Source: Octopus sinensis (lineage: Eukaryota). From it: a DNA stretch of 64,000 nt. The position numbers and the translations under genes are program-made. The stretch spans positions 1-64,000 of the forward strand of contig NW_021832611.1 in assembly GCF_006345805.1 (NCBI RefSeq). The letters run 5' to 3'. Positions 12,451-24,529 of this stretch are shown here, one piece after another; positions within the stretch are counted from its first letter, which is position 1, and the number at the start of each line of letters is the position of its first letter. The notes beneath the pieces were generated by a model. It did no database searches. It was not told the origin of the DNA and saw only the letters and a list, made by a program, of their open reading frames with translations.

Positions 12451-14455
12451 TATATTACATTTATATATTTGTTTTATTGATACTTTATTGTGAATATAAA
12501 CGCAGACAAAACAGAATGAAACAGTATAGCGTAGGGAGATTTGTCAACGTATAAATTTGTAAAAGAGAATATGCAAATTTACTTATATGTTGGGAAATTA
12601 GCAGACTGGATAGAGATTAGAAACAAATAATATCTGTCTGGAATATTTTATAAATTATGGTTATTGCGATAAAGGACGTGTTTTTGACATATTTTGTGTC
12701 TTGAAAATAGCTAGATCTCAGAATAAATGCTTAGAGATGAAATCACAAAATATTGCTATATTTTGAAACAGTTCATCTTTAAAACAAAATCTCTCAAATC
12801 TACATCAAAATTCTGTTCTTATAAATAGAATCTAAGTAGTTATAAATAGGACAATAAAATGGGTTATCATCAAAATTGAACACCACCTAAGAGTACAAAA
12901 ATCATATGATCCTCGCAATTAATTAAGAAAATATTCTAGCGGTTCTACAAATCATAACTTTTTTGAATTGTTGTTCATTTTGTTTATGTTTTGCCAAGCT
13001 CTGTTGTCTTCTGCTCGTATTATAATTAAATCTATCCAGAACAATCTTAACTATATTTTACGTACAACAATATATTACTTGTAAATAAAAAATGTACGTG
13101 ATAAAAATTGGTTAAAAAAATATGTATCCATAATATTAGTTGTACCTTAATTCGAAATCTTAACCCATGGATTAATGACTGATTAAGGAGGTGGCTACAG
13201 GTACCAAGGCCTCAAATTAATAAATTTGTCTCACTACAAATCAATTAAATGTACTGAGAAATCAACAAAAACATCCCGCTGCTTTTTGCTAATTATAATT
13301 TCTTCATTAGCAATGTCTGGAAAATTTGTGGCCAACTTTTTAAAATTTCCAACTTTTTTTGATTTTTCTATTTCCTTTCTAGATGTAGATTTAGTTTCTT
13401 CTGGGTCTATAATAATTTTACAAACTTGATGAATTACGTCGGTGAACTGGACAGTTTATACGGGCACACTTAACATTAATCAAGGAAATGAACAGATTGT
13501 TTTAATTACCTAATTTTAAATATATTTTTGTCTAAAGTCTATTTTTTCTTTCAATGGTATATTATTGGTTTTCAAAAATGATTGAATAGTTTTCGACATA
13601 CTCAGTTTTATTTTCTATTTAAGTATTTTGTGAAAACTTTATACAGAATAGAAATACATTTGATAGATTTCAGGTTATTAGAAATCATATTTTTTGAAAA
13701 TGAGATTGGTAAATAAAATGTAAAACCAATTATTTGGGCCTTCTCACCGTTAAAAATTTGTAATACTTCATTATGAATCAAGTAATGAAGAAAAATTATT
13801 TAATGGGCATTATAAAGTCATTTAATATTGTTTTCAGCAAATCATCTTGACAGAAACTAGCATTCAATTAACTTTTCTTTATAAATAATTTATATCAATT
13901 AATTAACTTCTTTCATACTTAGAATTGACTTAATCAAAGAAAAAACTAATTGACGAGACCGTCGACTAAGAAGTACCTTGGTGTGCTGTTAAACACTTAG
14001 TCGGCTCATATTTGCGTTCAAGACCAGCCCCGACTATACATAATGAATATGTTACTTATGTATTAAACACCAATATAATAAACTAGTCATTGCAGAATAT
14101 AAGGAGTTTAATAGAAATGACTGGTAAATAGTAAATGACCGCAAAAAATAATGAGCCTCCAAAAGTATCATCATCAAACATTCAAGTAAAAATCCTTATT
14201 GAGAAAGTATAAATTTAGAAAAGAAAATATGAATTTGGTTCAAAACGTCCGTAAAAAGTGCATTAAAACTTCTAAACGAAAATTTTATTTTAACACAGCT
14301 TTTTGCTATAAATTACACCTGTCAAACCTTTATTTCAAGGTTAACTAAAAATCCGCCGTAAAATAATAACATCTGAATGAAAAGGAACATAATTAAAAAA
14401 ATGACTTACATTAACTACAATAAAATCAACAAAATCTGATAAAAAATAAAGAGTT

Positions 14456-15225
14456 CTACTTCATGAATATGCTGATATTTCTCAAAAAACCTAAGATAAA
14501 TAAAAAATAAAAAAACCTGCATTCGCAGCCGTCGGCACGATATCTTGAACAAAAGTAAAAAGAAGTTCATTTTCTAAATACTCCTTAAACATGTCAGGTT
14601 TAAATTTCAACTTAAAATAATTATTTTTTGCCATAGTCTAATAGAATAAATAAATAATATTACAGAAGATTTATAATTTTTCTCATAACTTTCCCATGGC
14701 TGAATTTCAATAATAAGAATTCCACCTGGCAACAAATCAGCATAAATTCTCTGAAATGCTATTCGAAGACCTTCGTCGCCATTCACAAGATGAATCCACT
14801 TTGTGATACTCAAAGCCATAATAACATCATATTGCTTCTTTGGAATATATCCGTCAATACTATCGATAACATAATTTTCCTAAAAATAAAAATAAAATCT
14901 ATACGTAACAGAATGATATATTCGATGGAAATGATTCATTTCTATTATTGTTGGGATTAGAAATGCTGCGTGAGGCTCTTAGAATAAGTGATTTGTCAAT
15001 ATCTATTCCAAGGATATGTCGTGGTTTGAATCTTTTAGCAATCATAATAGTAATATATCCAACGTTGCAGCCAATGTCCAATATATTTTTGTCTTTAAAC
15101 CACTCACATTTCATAAGTGATAGTCTCGGATCTTCATTATTCTGAATTCTGTATCCATAATAACGATCGTAATTCCCATATGGAAAATATTTTTTCTTTG
15201 TTTTTTTCTTATTAATATTAGTCAT
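14456..15225 (-). CDS. MEPCE: 7SK methylphosphate capping enzyme / Bin3
   Basis: [63 protein letters not shown]; ends [11 protein letters not shown]. Confidence 0.92.
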
Positions 15226-15359
15226 TTTTACGTTTAAAATTGCAACAAAATTGAATGCCACACAACCTTTATAATTATATTTTTTTAAGAAATAAAATAG
15301 TGTAAAATATAAAGTAAATTGATTAATAATTAACAAAAATAGAAAATACTATTAGTCTG

Positions 15360-15829
15360 TGCCAGAAGTATTCGTTGCCTCACGGGCAGGGGAACGATAA
15401 CGAGAATTGACCCCCGGATGAAAACTAGCCTCCTTCGGAATCAAACTCACGACTGTCCAGATCCATAGCTTATTCTTCAGCCAAACGTACATCTACGTAT
15501 ACAAAACGTGTGTGCAGCCAGTCCTCACATATGGCTACGAGGGCTGGTACGGTACGGAGGAGAGTGACTACCTGATCAAACAGTTGGAAAAGACAAGACG
15601 TTTCGCTATGAAATTGGCTTACGGAGTACAACTTGACGGAAGGTTAAAAGACTCACAAGAATCCTCTGTGCCCACGATCCGGATGGTCTGGAGAATTGTC
15701 GTCAAACATGACTACAAATTGGGGATACGCATGGAAAGAGACACTTCGGTGCCTTGTCTTTATCTCCCCGTTGATGATTTCTTCCTTGTTTTTCTTTTTC
15801 TTTTCGCTCAATAAACACTATTCTATTCT
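15360..15829 (+). mobile_element. Chimeric retro-insertion: antisense SINE head fused to LINE 3' fragment, 11-bp TSD
   Basis: TSD ctattagtctg at 15349-15359 and 15830-15840; absent at the matching site near 28190; 15360-15485 matches SINE 42258-42392; then YKTCVQPVLTYGYEGW, AATAAA and (CTATT) tail. Confidence 0.8.
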
Positions 15830-16756
15830 CTATTAGTCTGGTCAAATAATTTTATTTATGAAAATAAAATTTCCTACTTATAAAGCTGAGGATTACCGTT
15901 GAATTTTTCAAGTATGAAAGAAAACTGGATTTTTGCTAAAAAGAATTCCAAAAAGATTCAATAATTTCTCATCTTTTGAACGGGAATTTTCATTATTCAC
16001 AGCACCATTCGCTTTTAATGCTTAAATGCAGATAAAAGATTACAAATGAAATTTTTAGAAATCCAATCGTATTCTATACTAAATGCAAAATATTTGGAGG
16101 TTGGAATATCTTATTTCTTTACGCTTCTTTTTGGAAAGTTTAAACTTTAAAAAATTTTCTACCAAAATAATTTCTATGTTGGGTTTGAAAAATGTTTGTA
16201 AACAACTTTTTTTATTTATAAAATTAACAAAAACTGTTCATTGAATACAGCTCACAAATGAAAATTTATCGGCTTTAATTAAAATCGGAATTATGTCAAA
16301 AATATCAATAATTTAGAAGTAGTTTCAAGCACGATATAAAGATGATTAGATTTTCTCATTTTTGTTTTTACTATAAATTCGGCCTTAAAACGAAATTGAT
16401 TTGACACCCTTAGTTTAAATGCTAGGATAGTAAAAACCTGAGTTTCTAATAAATGTTTTAAAATTAACTTTTTGTTAATTTTTATATAAAATACAAGAAT
16501 ATTAATTGGTTTGTTAAGTTTTTCTGACAATTTAAAATTATTGATTAAATTCTAAATTTTCCCATTTCCAAAATCTGCCGTCAATTTGACGGGAACTAAA
16601 AATGGCAAATTTGAGAGATTTAACTGTATATAGATAATCTGCAATGGTAGCAAGTCCAATCCTAAAAGGATTGTTTGCACCTGAAAAAATAGTCTATAGT
16701 CCTTAAAAATTCATCTTTGACCAGTAATAAAAACCCATAAAAAGAATAAAGTTTGG

Positions 16757-17671
16757 TTAGTAAAGGAAAATTTTAATAGCTAGATTAAAGCTATAGTTTG
16801 AATCGAATTCTAAATTAATAACATAAATATTAAAACTTTTCACTGTTTTTAGATTTCATAAGTAGATATTTTTTTCTTTTAAGAATCAACATAAAACAAA
16901 TAAAAGTGATTGTAATCAAAGAAATAATTCCAATAAAGATTATATAATTTTTATTTGATTTCCATAAGGTCTCTGAAATTCACAAATGAAAAAATCAACC
17001 AGGTTTTTTATTAAATGCAACTTCTAAAAATTAAAAAAAGTAATAGCTTACGATCACTTTTAGTTTTACTCTTTGTGGCGGAAACTAAAAGTTTAAAACA
17101 TATAAATCACATGCGCTCGTCGTGGTGGTGGCTAAAATATTTAAACATATAAATCACTTGTAGTTGTGCTCTTCGTGGTGGGGACTAAAATATTAAAACA
17201 TATGAATCACTTGTAGTTGTGCTCTTCGTCGTGGGGACTAAAATATTAAAACATACAAATTACTTGTAGTTTTACTCTTCGTGGTGGTGGCTAAAATATT
17301 AAAACATATGAATCACTTGTAGTTGTGCTCTTCGTCGTGGGGACTAAAATATTAAAACATATAAATCACTTATAGTTCTGCCTACTTGTCTGCAGACTAA
17401 AATATAAAATTTTAATTTTGTTAACCCTTTTTTTTATTTATGTCATTGGAATTTGCATATTTCATTATTTCATTGTCATTATTTCTTCTTTGTCTCTGCA
17501 AAACATGAAAATTTTAAAGCAAACCCTTGGAGGGCCTGTTTGCCAATAATTAATTGTTCGTATATCTTTGATTTCTTTTGAAGCATTTGTTATTTGTTCT
17601 ATACAAATAAAAATGTAAAAATAGATATCACCTGTACATAAAATTAATATTAGAAACAATATGAAAAACAT
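16757..17671 (-). CDS. Type-I membrane mucin-like protein, short paralog (7 micro-exons, 190 aa predicted)
   Basis: Hand-spliced 573-nt open frame: signal peptide MFFILFLILILCT, Thr-rich 27/21-nt exons, TM YIIFIGIISLITITFICFMLIL + KRKK, tail FDSNYSFNLAIKIFLY*; all introns GT-AG, about 26-34 nt. Confidence 0.8.
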
Positions 17672-19439
17672 TATTCTTCACGATAAAAAACTAATTTATA
17701 TTCTTTATAATTCTAATAATTCATTTTTGGCATAGTTGTCGACCTATTATTTATGTAGTTCCGACATTAATTACAGCCGATAAATTTTCATTAAAGATAT
17801 AGACATTAGAACCTTTCTTTTATAAATTAATTATCTGATTAAAAATAAGCTTGCAGAAGTCAACAAGATGCGGAATTATTTTAACAATAGTTGAATGCAT
17901 GTTACAGTATGTCAGAAGTTAAAAAAACATTTCTCGTAATAGAATGGACGATTCCCAGAACTAACGCAAATTAACAAATTTTTTTCTATCCAGATTAATT
18001 GATAATTCTCTTAGTTTTGGAAGTTTTAAAATGATATTCACATCTAGTTACGACCATTTTGTGGGGAAAGACTTTTTTCGATCATTTGTTGAGTACTAGA
18101 GAAACCACAAAGTTTACCTAAAAAGATCGAAAAAATTGACTTCATAAAAATCTACAAAGTTTATCCAAAAAAGAAGAAAATTGACCAAAATGTAGGCCTA
18201 ATAAAAATTTGGAAGATAATTTGTAGGCATTATTTTTTAGAAACATAAATTATGTAGAATCATGTAATATTAGACTTTTTCAGTTTTAACATTTCAGTCT
18301 TTTGTCAACATTTTATTAAAAACAAAAAACGCTTCATCTAATACTCAGTGGTTTGACATTGAACCACTTGAAGCCTTTCCAAAGGCAAAAAAATTCAACA
18401 ATATGTTCTGGAAAAGTCATATTTTAGTAAATAGTTCCCTTCGACTACTATTTTTCTAAAGTTTTAGACGGAAAATTTAAATGACTCGAAAATTGACGGA
18501 AAAATTGCCAAACAAAACCTAAAAAGCTTAAAATTAATTTTTTAACATAAAAATGTATTACATTTTTATAACAGAATAATTATTTTTGAGTTGACTTTGT
18601 CAACTTTTAGTAATTACAGAATGAATGATTCAGGTTCTTATTAATGTAGAAGAAATAGTAAAGCACACACCATTTAAAGGAATGAGAGGACTCTTTTGGG
18701 AAAGATCTCTTGTTTTAAAAAAACGATAAAGTTTAAAAACTAACGAATGCATATCGTTCTTGTTCCAATCAAATACCCAACCGCCGAGTTAGACTTTGGT
18801 GGTCAAAGAGGATTAACCATTGAAATGTTATTTTCATACACATTTTTTAGGTTTATGTCGGTTTATAAGTCTATTTAAACTATACTGTCTGAGAAAAATA
18901 TGCAGGCCAATTCGGTTACTATGTTTTGTGAGAACATCTTTGCAAAGCATTACAGTTCTTTTCTACGCCAACCAAGCCTCATCTGAATTCAAAGCAATAT
19001 CGAAATTTGTTTTCTAACTAGATTATTTGGTTTTTGAATAAACGAATTTCTATCGTTCCATTATTTATATGGTTTATTGTGAGTAGTCTTGATTTTAGAT
19101 TTTTGAAAAGAATTCAACAATCAGTTCAGCAACATTTACAAAACATTCGACCAAAACAGAATGAAGATACAAGTCATATCGGCCTTAACTTTTTTAAATG
19201 ACTGTTTTTCTGAAGAAATATAAAAAAGAACTTTTGACCTATATTTTATAAGGTCGAATTGCTTGACTTAGATTTGAAACGAATCATGCTTAATATATTT
19301 TTTAAATCCGAATTGGACATCTTAGTAACAACTCAGACACAAACAATAGTCATAACTAGCTAATCGAATACAGAGACAGTGGGAAGGAGTCGTTTGTGCC
19401 GATCAGCATAGACTTCTATATCCACTAAGCTAAACGGAT

Positions 19440-19671
19440 GGACAGATCCAACTCAACGCGCAGTTGCGGCCTTGCCGACGATTCCTGAGGTTTCGAAGGT
19501 AAGGGGGGCAAACAAAAAAGAGTCCGGAATACACAGGTATTTTGTTCTCTTTAATTCTTCGGCCTGAGCACTGGCAGAATCAGGATTTGCTGCAAATCTT
19601 GGATAGCATCGTCACCTAGAAAAGAGTCGACACAGGTGACTTCCTTCCCTGAAAGAAAAAGGTTCTCATCC
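19440..19671 (-). mobile_element. CRE-clade RLE fragment at the duplication junction
   Basis: EVTCVDSF...DSASAQAEELKRTKY; counterpart at 39410-39636. Confidence 0.65.
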
Positions 19672-19680
19672 AGACGGGAC

Positions 19681-20370
19681 GGTCTTCCGCAACACCAGTG
19701 TATGCCTTCACCCTATCCTCCACGCCAAGCACCGGCAGATAATTTTTGAAGTATTTTGACACTATTCCGTCCCAGGTCATGACGAAAGGGACGATCTTTA
19801 CCTTCGCCCGGTGGATCACTCCCAGTTCATTTGCTAGCAAGTGGTATTTGTGAAACTTTTCCACTTCGACCTGCTTGAGAAAATTTTGGGAAGTGATCCC
19901 CACCTCGATGAGTATAATTGTGTTGCTCGATTTGTCTTGAACAAATATGCCGGGCTTGTTATTTGGGCTAGCATAATCAGTCGAGAGGTATGTATCGACT
20001 CGGATTTCCACAAATTCATTGCTGGTAACAGATTGGACTGAATGCGTTTTTTAATTTTTTCGACTTTTTATTCCATATTTGCGACATAGATGTAAATGTA
20101 AACATTTGACCACTTCGTTATGGCGTCTAAGGTAGGGACCATTAAGCATTCGCCCATATCTGGTAGCAAGGTGATCGACGGTCTTCTTGGACGAGTTGCA
20201 GTGGCTGCATTTATTCTCTCCTTTGCTGAAAAACAAGTTCCGGTCTTGCAACAGGCACAGATTTGCTTTTTAAGTCCGGGGAGAATTGTTTCCATTAATT
20301 AACCATCCGCAAGCCTCATACACATCAACTTTGGTATCCTTAACAAGAAGTTGGTTCTGGTTTAAAGAGA
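19681..20370 (-). mobile_element. Duplicate of the R4-like C-terminal fragment
   Basis: Near-identical to 5662-6350. Confidence 0.8.
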
Positions 20371-21110
20371 TTCTAGAGATCCGTAAGGGACTTATACAAA
20401 ATGTATCCTAGTGCTTCTAAGAAGAAGTAAAACCCAGAACCTTGTGTAATCTCTCTTGCCAAATATCATTTTGATTATGTTCTAAATATCATTTTAAAGC
20501 CGTTTAATTATGATTTTTTGATAAATTTACAAATTCGAACGATTCTAAACAATCATCCTTTTAAAATGTACTTTTGAATTTTGTAACAATATCTGCAATC
20601 GCGACATTATTCGAAAATCTGAAATATTTCAATAGCTTTGGATAAGATCTTATAGACCAGAGATCGATAAAGGCTAGCTCATCAGCTTTTGGTGACTCTT
20701 TAAATTTCAAGTAGGTTCCTTCAATAAAAATTAAACCAAAATTGATAATACGCGATATTTTTATTAAAATGAAGGGAATCTTTCAAATTTTGAAGATATC
20801 CAATAGGTGACTCACGAAAGAAAGCTATAAAAAAACTTGTCAAAATATTTAGTTTGAGAATTAATTTTTAAATATTGGCAACACAAAAAGGAATCCTCTT
20901 CCGGATTCTTTTTATGAATTAAAAAATTGCATATAGAATTATGACAATTTTTGGGTTCACTATAGATGTAAACAAAGTTTTTCGCATTTGAATCAAATCA
21001 AAATTAAGAAACAAAATTGCAGACCTGAACCTAGAATCAAACCACAAATTAGAATTGACTAGTAACGACCTTATTGAACTTTTGATTTTATTAAGTTAGG
21101 TTAATGAAAT

Positions 21111-21625
21111 TCAGTATATTCGACATTGACACCATTTGGTTTTCTAAATTCGAAATATAAAGACAGTCCTAAACGCGAATTTGGCGCAGGCGACCATTAA
21201 ATCGCTGTCGAAAAACTTCCAAGTACATGTAGATGCACCGGCTATATGATAAATATATCAAAAAATACTATTGTGAATATATTGGGAAGTTTCCTTTTAT
21301 AGTTAAAAGAGATTTTATCGCCTCCCAATGATGGACAATTCTCCAAGAAATAACGACATGCGTTGAAAGTTGTAAAAATAGGAATGTGTTTTGCAATGAC
21401 TGCTTTCGGTTTAAAATTGCTGATTCGTTGGTCTAAAAATAAAATCGCATCTATACATATTGTTAGATTTATTTGTGTCTCTAATTCTTCGCCTGCATAT
21501 ACAATACATGAAGTCATGTTACAATTTTTTACATCAATGCTTGTATGTACCGATCCCTTGTTACAGGGATCAAATGGTATTTGACCACAAGTCACGTTAG
21601 ACAAAATACAACTTGTTATTATCAT
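21111..21625 (-). pseudogene. ML/NPC2-like duplicate; last exon frameshifted as assembled
   Basis: Copy of 7097-7615 with several 1-bp deletions in the last exon (may be sequencing error). Confidence 0.5.
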
Positions 21626-21649
21626 GTTTTATCACAAACGCGAACCTAA

Positions 21650-22300
21650 TTTTTTATTTAACCCAGAATCACCAACAGTTAATTAGGGTAATAATTAGAT
21701 GATTCCAACAATCCTCAAGACCTTTCTCAGCTTTTCCCGATGTTGGACTCTGGACATAACGCAAGTGCGGAACGGGCGGGGAGCAGTTTTTGTGAGGAAT
21801 TGAATCGGGGTGATGTGCTTCTGGTTGTTGAGGTCTTGGTCTTTGGCAGGTGGTCCTGTTGGATGGCTAAGAAACCCTTTCCATCTTTCTTAATAAGGTG
21901 GTCAAGCGGAGTTGGGATAATGTTGTTCAAATTGAAATTTTCGTTATGCTAGCCGCGGCTCGGCATAGTGTAGTCTCAATTTTAAGGCGGTTAACCATGA
22001 GAGATTAGTACCCCATGCGGCGCAGGCTAGCCAATTGTTGGTTCGATGAATTGTTTGTAGAGAGTGCCGAGAGCCGGGAACTGTGTCGGTGTTACTCCGC
22101 TAAAAATTATTTTCAGGAAGACCAGATCAAGCTGAACCTCTGCCTGTTTACAAATGCCCCGTCAAATGCAGCCAGCCACCCGTACAATCTTGTGGAAAGA
22201 TCACCGAGCAAAGATGAAGTCCCTGGTCGAGTGCATCGGGATCACGTGACGTTTATTCGGTTTTTACCGTGGTCTTGGTTAAATAAAATAAAAAATCGAC
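21650..22300 (-). mobile_element. Duplicate of the Vingi-like 3' fragment
   Basis: Near-identical to 7640-8300. Confidence 0.75.
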
Positions 22301-22425
22301 ACTGGTGTGAGTTGGTGCCAAATTTTTTAAACAAGTTCTATTAGATACTCCCTTATACTGATTTTGACTGATAAACACCGTTAAAATTGAAAACTGTTAA
22401 AAGTAAGAAAAAGGGGAATTATTTT

Positions 22426-23091
22426 GGTACTTTTGTCGAAGTGGTCGCAGTTTTTTTAGAAGATAATTAAAATTAATTAATTTTTTTAGTGAAATAGATT
22501 ATTTAATTATAACCCTCTATCAATAATTTAAATGGTTATTAAAATTATTTAAAAATTTATTTACCAATTTAGTCATTTTTAGTACGCGGCATCCAAATTC
22601 CAGGACTGTAGAAGGAATTTATGTCTTTTACAATCTGTGCAAAAGATTCCTTAAGTTCTGTATTTGTTTTCGCCACATAAATTCTGAAAAAATAACTAAC
22701 TAAAAAAACCTGCGAAATAAGATCCCAGATGATGTCTTACAGCTCCTCTTTGAGCTTTATTCTTGCATTTTGCACTTCCCCGTGATTTTGAAAGGATATC
22801 CACATTTTGCAGAAAATGCACTGCATCCTCCTTATTTATTGGGAGCTGTCGGAATGATGTTGCATAAGTCCACAACAGAATTTTCCATGTGACCTATAGT
22901 GCCAGTTTATATCAATATTAGGTACATGCTCGCCATAATATTAAAAAAATTAGAAAATAAATTAGTAAAAAATTTAATAATATTTTAAATTATTGATAGA
23001 GCGACTTAAATAAAATAATATATTCCACCTCAAAAATTATTAGATTTTTTAAAAGGCCTAAAAAAACTGCGACCACTTCGACAAAAGTACC
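22426..23091 (-). mobile_element. 666-bp non-autonomous DNA transposon, Merlin-like
   Basis: TIRs GGTACTTTTGTCGAAGTGGTCGCAGTTTTTT and its complement; 8-bp TSD attatttt; empty site at about 8414-8421; internal EDAVHFLQK resembles a Merlin transposase N-terminus. Confidence 0.85.
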
Positions 23092-23189
23092 ATTATTTTA
23101 ATCCAATTCAAAATATATTACAAAATAAAAATGAATTAATCATTTCAATATGCTGAAAAATAACAAAATGCACATGATACCTGAACACT

Positions 23190-24135
23190 CTAGCACTTGG
23201 AATAGACTCACGATTTACAGAATCGAATGCCTTTTTAACATCAATCCATGGCGAGTAGAGATTGTTCTGATACTCCTTATTGAACATTGATAAATAAGGG
23301 CCTGTTCTTTTGCACCCTGGCATCCCTTTCCCGTTCCCAGCTGGTTATCGGGAAGTAGACCAAATGAATCCACAAAGTCCAATAGTTTTGGTTGACGCAT
23401 TTAGTTACTATCTTATGAAGATTAGCCACGCACGTGATTGACCGAAGATCGTTCAAGGTTTCGCAAACGTTTTTTGAGATCAAATATGTGAATCCAGTAT
23501 AAAACCATTTCCAGGAATGTAACCTCCTCGGACTATTCTGCCAATCTCCTTGCATAGGGGGCCATGCAGCGAATCCATTTTTTTTAATAAAAAAGTTGTA
23601 GACACCATCGCAGCCACTTTCCTTCCAGTCAGGGCCGCACTTGATAATGTTCAGTCAAACTCTTCACTAAATTCGGGCGTCGGAGTCTCATAATCGTCCA
23701 TCGAATAGAGAATTTCGACTTTCCACTCCAAACATTTCTCAATTCATTCGAAGTCATTAAGTTCAATTTAACAACTCAATTTTCACATAGATTCCTATAG
23801 AACCTTCGGTGGTTTAGCGCAAAGCATTTGCTGTACTTTCGGAACTCACTCATCGTTTTGTGAACAGATATTTGTTTCATTCTAAGCCGTATTAAATATT
23901 CAATTAATGATTGAATTCGGGATAGTTCTCCCTTCTTGCATTTCTTATAGGCACATATACACAGCACATCTATCACTTTTTTGCTTTTCGGATATCGGGA
24001 ATGCTTATTTACAGTAGTTTTTCACTATTTCTGATGGTGCATTAAAGTTGTAGTTTTTTTCTCCGTAGCTTTAACCCAGTTAGAACTAGTCCTCTTTTTA
24101 TACGTTAAGTACTGAAATGCTTGCTATTAGTACTG
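23190..24135 (-). mobile_element. Duplicate of the R4-like RT fragment
   Basis: Near-identical to 8500-9470. Confidence 0.75.
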
Positions 24136-24529
24136 ATCTATTGAAAAAAGTATATAATTAAAAAAAACATTTATTTTAATAAAAAATGTTTTAATTGAAA
24201 CAAATAACTGTATCTACACTGGTATTTATTGGATGGAATTTAATAATTGATTTTTAAAAAAAACAAATTTTATATAGTTATTAGTAATAATGATATGTAA
24301 TATTCTTTTTTATCTATATTTATTTATGTATAATATTAAAAAATATTTTTATTTAATGCGGCGAACCTTATCAACAATGGACATTATAGCAAATTTGAAT
24401 ATTTATACACACTAAACCGTTCTTATTCTTCTTTTTGTGGTGTAATTAGATAATTAGACGGTTTGTTAAAATTTCTTATTTATTAATTAAGGCAGTGAAT
24501 CAGTTTTTAATATAAATATTAGTAGGGAG

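Larger units (their letters stand above)
5662..19671. repeat. Tandem segmental duplication, unit 1 (~14 kb)
   Basis: Collinear match to 19681-39636 from ggtcttccgcaacacc to ...tcatcc. Confidence 0.95.

Noticed and set aside
13960-14060. Possible snRNA/snoRNA in a GC-richer patch
   Set aside because: No Sm site, box motifs or recognisable family
17760-19400. Multi-exon plus-strand gene next to the mucin (also similar patches at 12500-13900, 39700-41100 and 51000-52600)
   Set aside because: Exon-like patches exist, but I could not build a consistent model or assign a product
19616-20011. Novel chimeric nuclease ORF
   Set aside because: It is read-through of an R4-like fragment across the duplication junction into a CRE relic; both halves are broken
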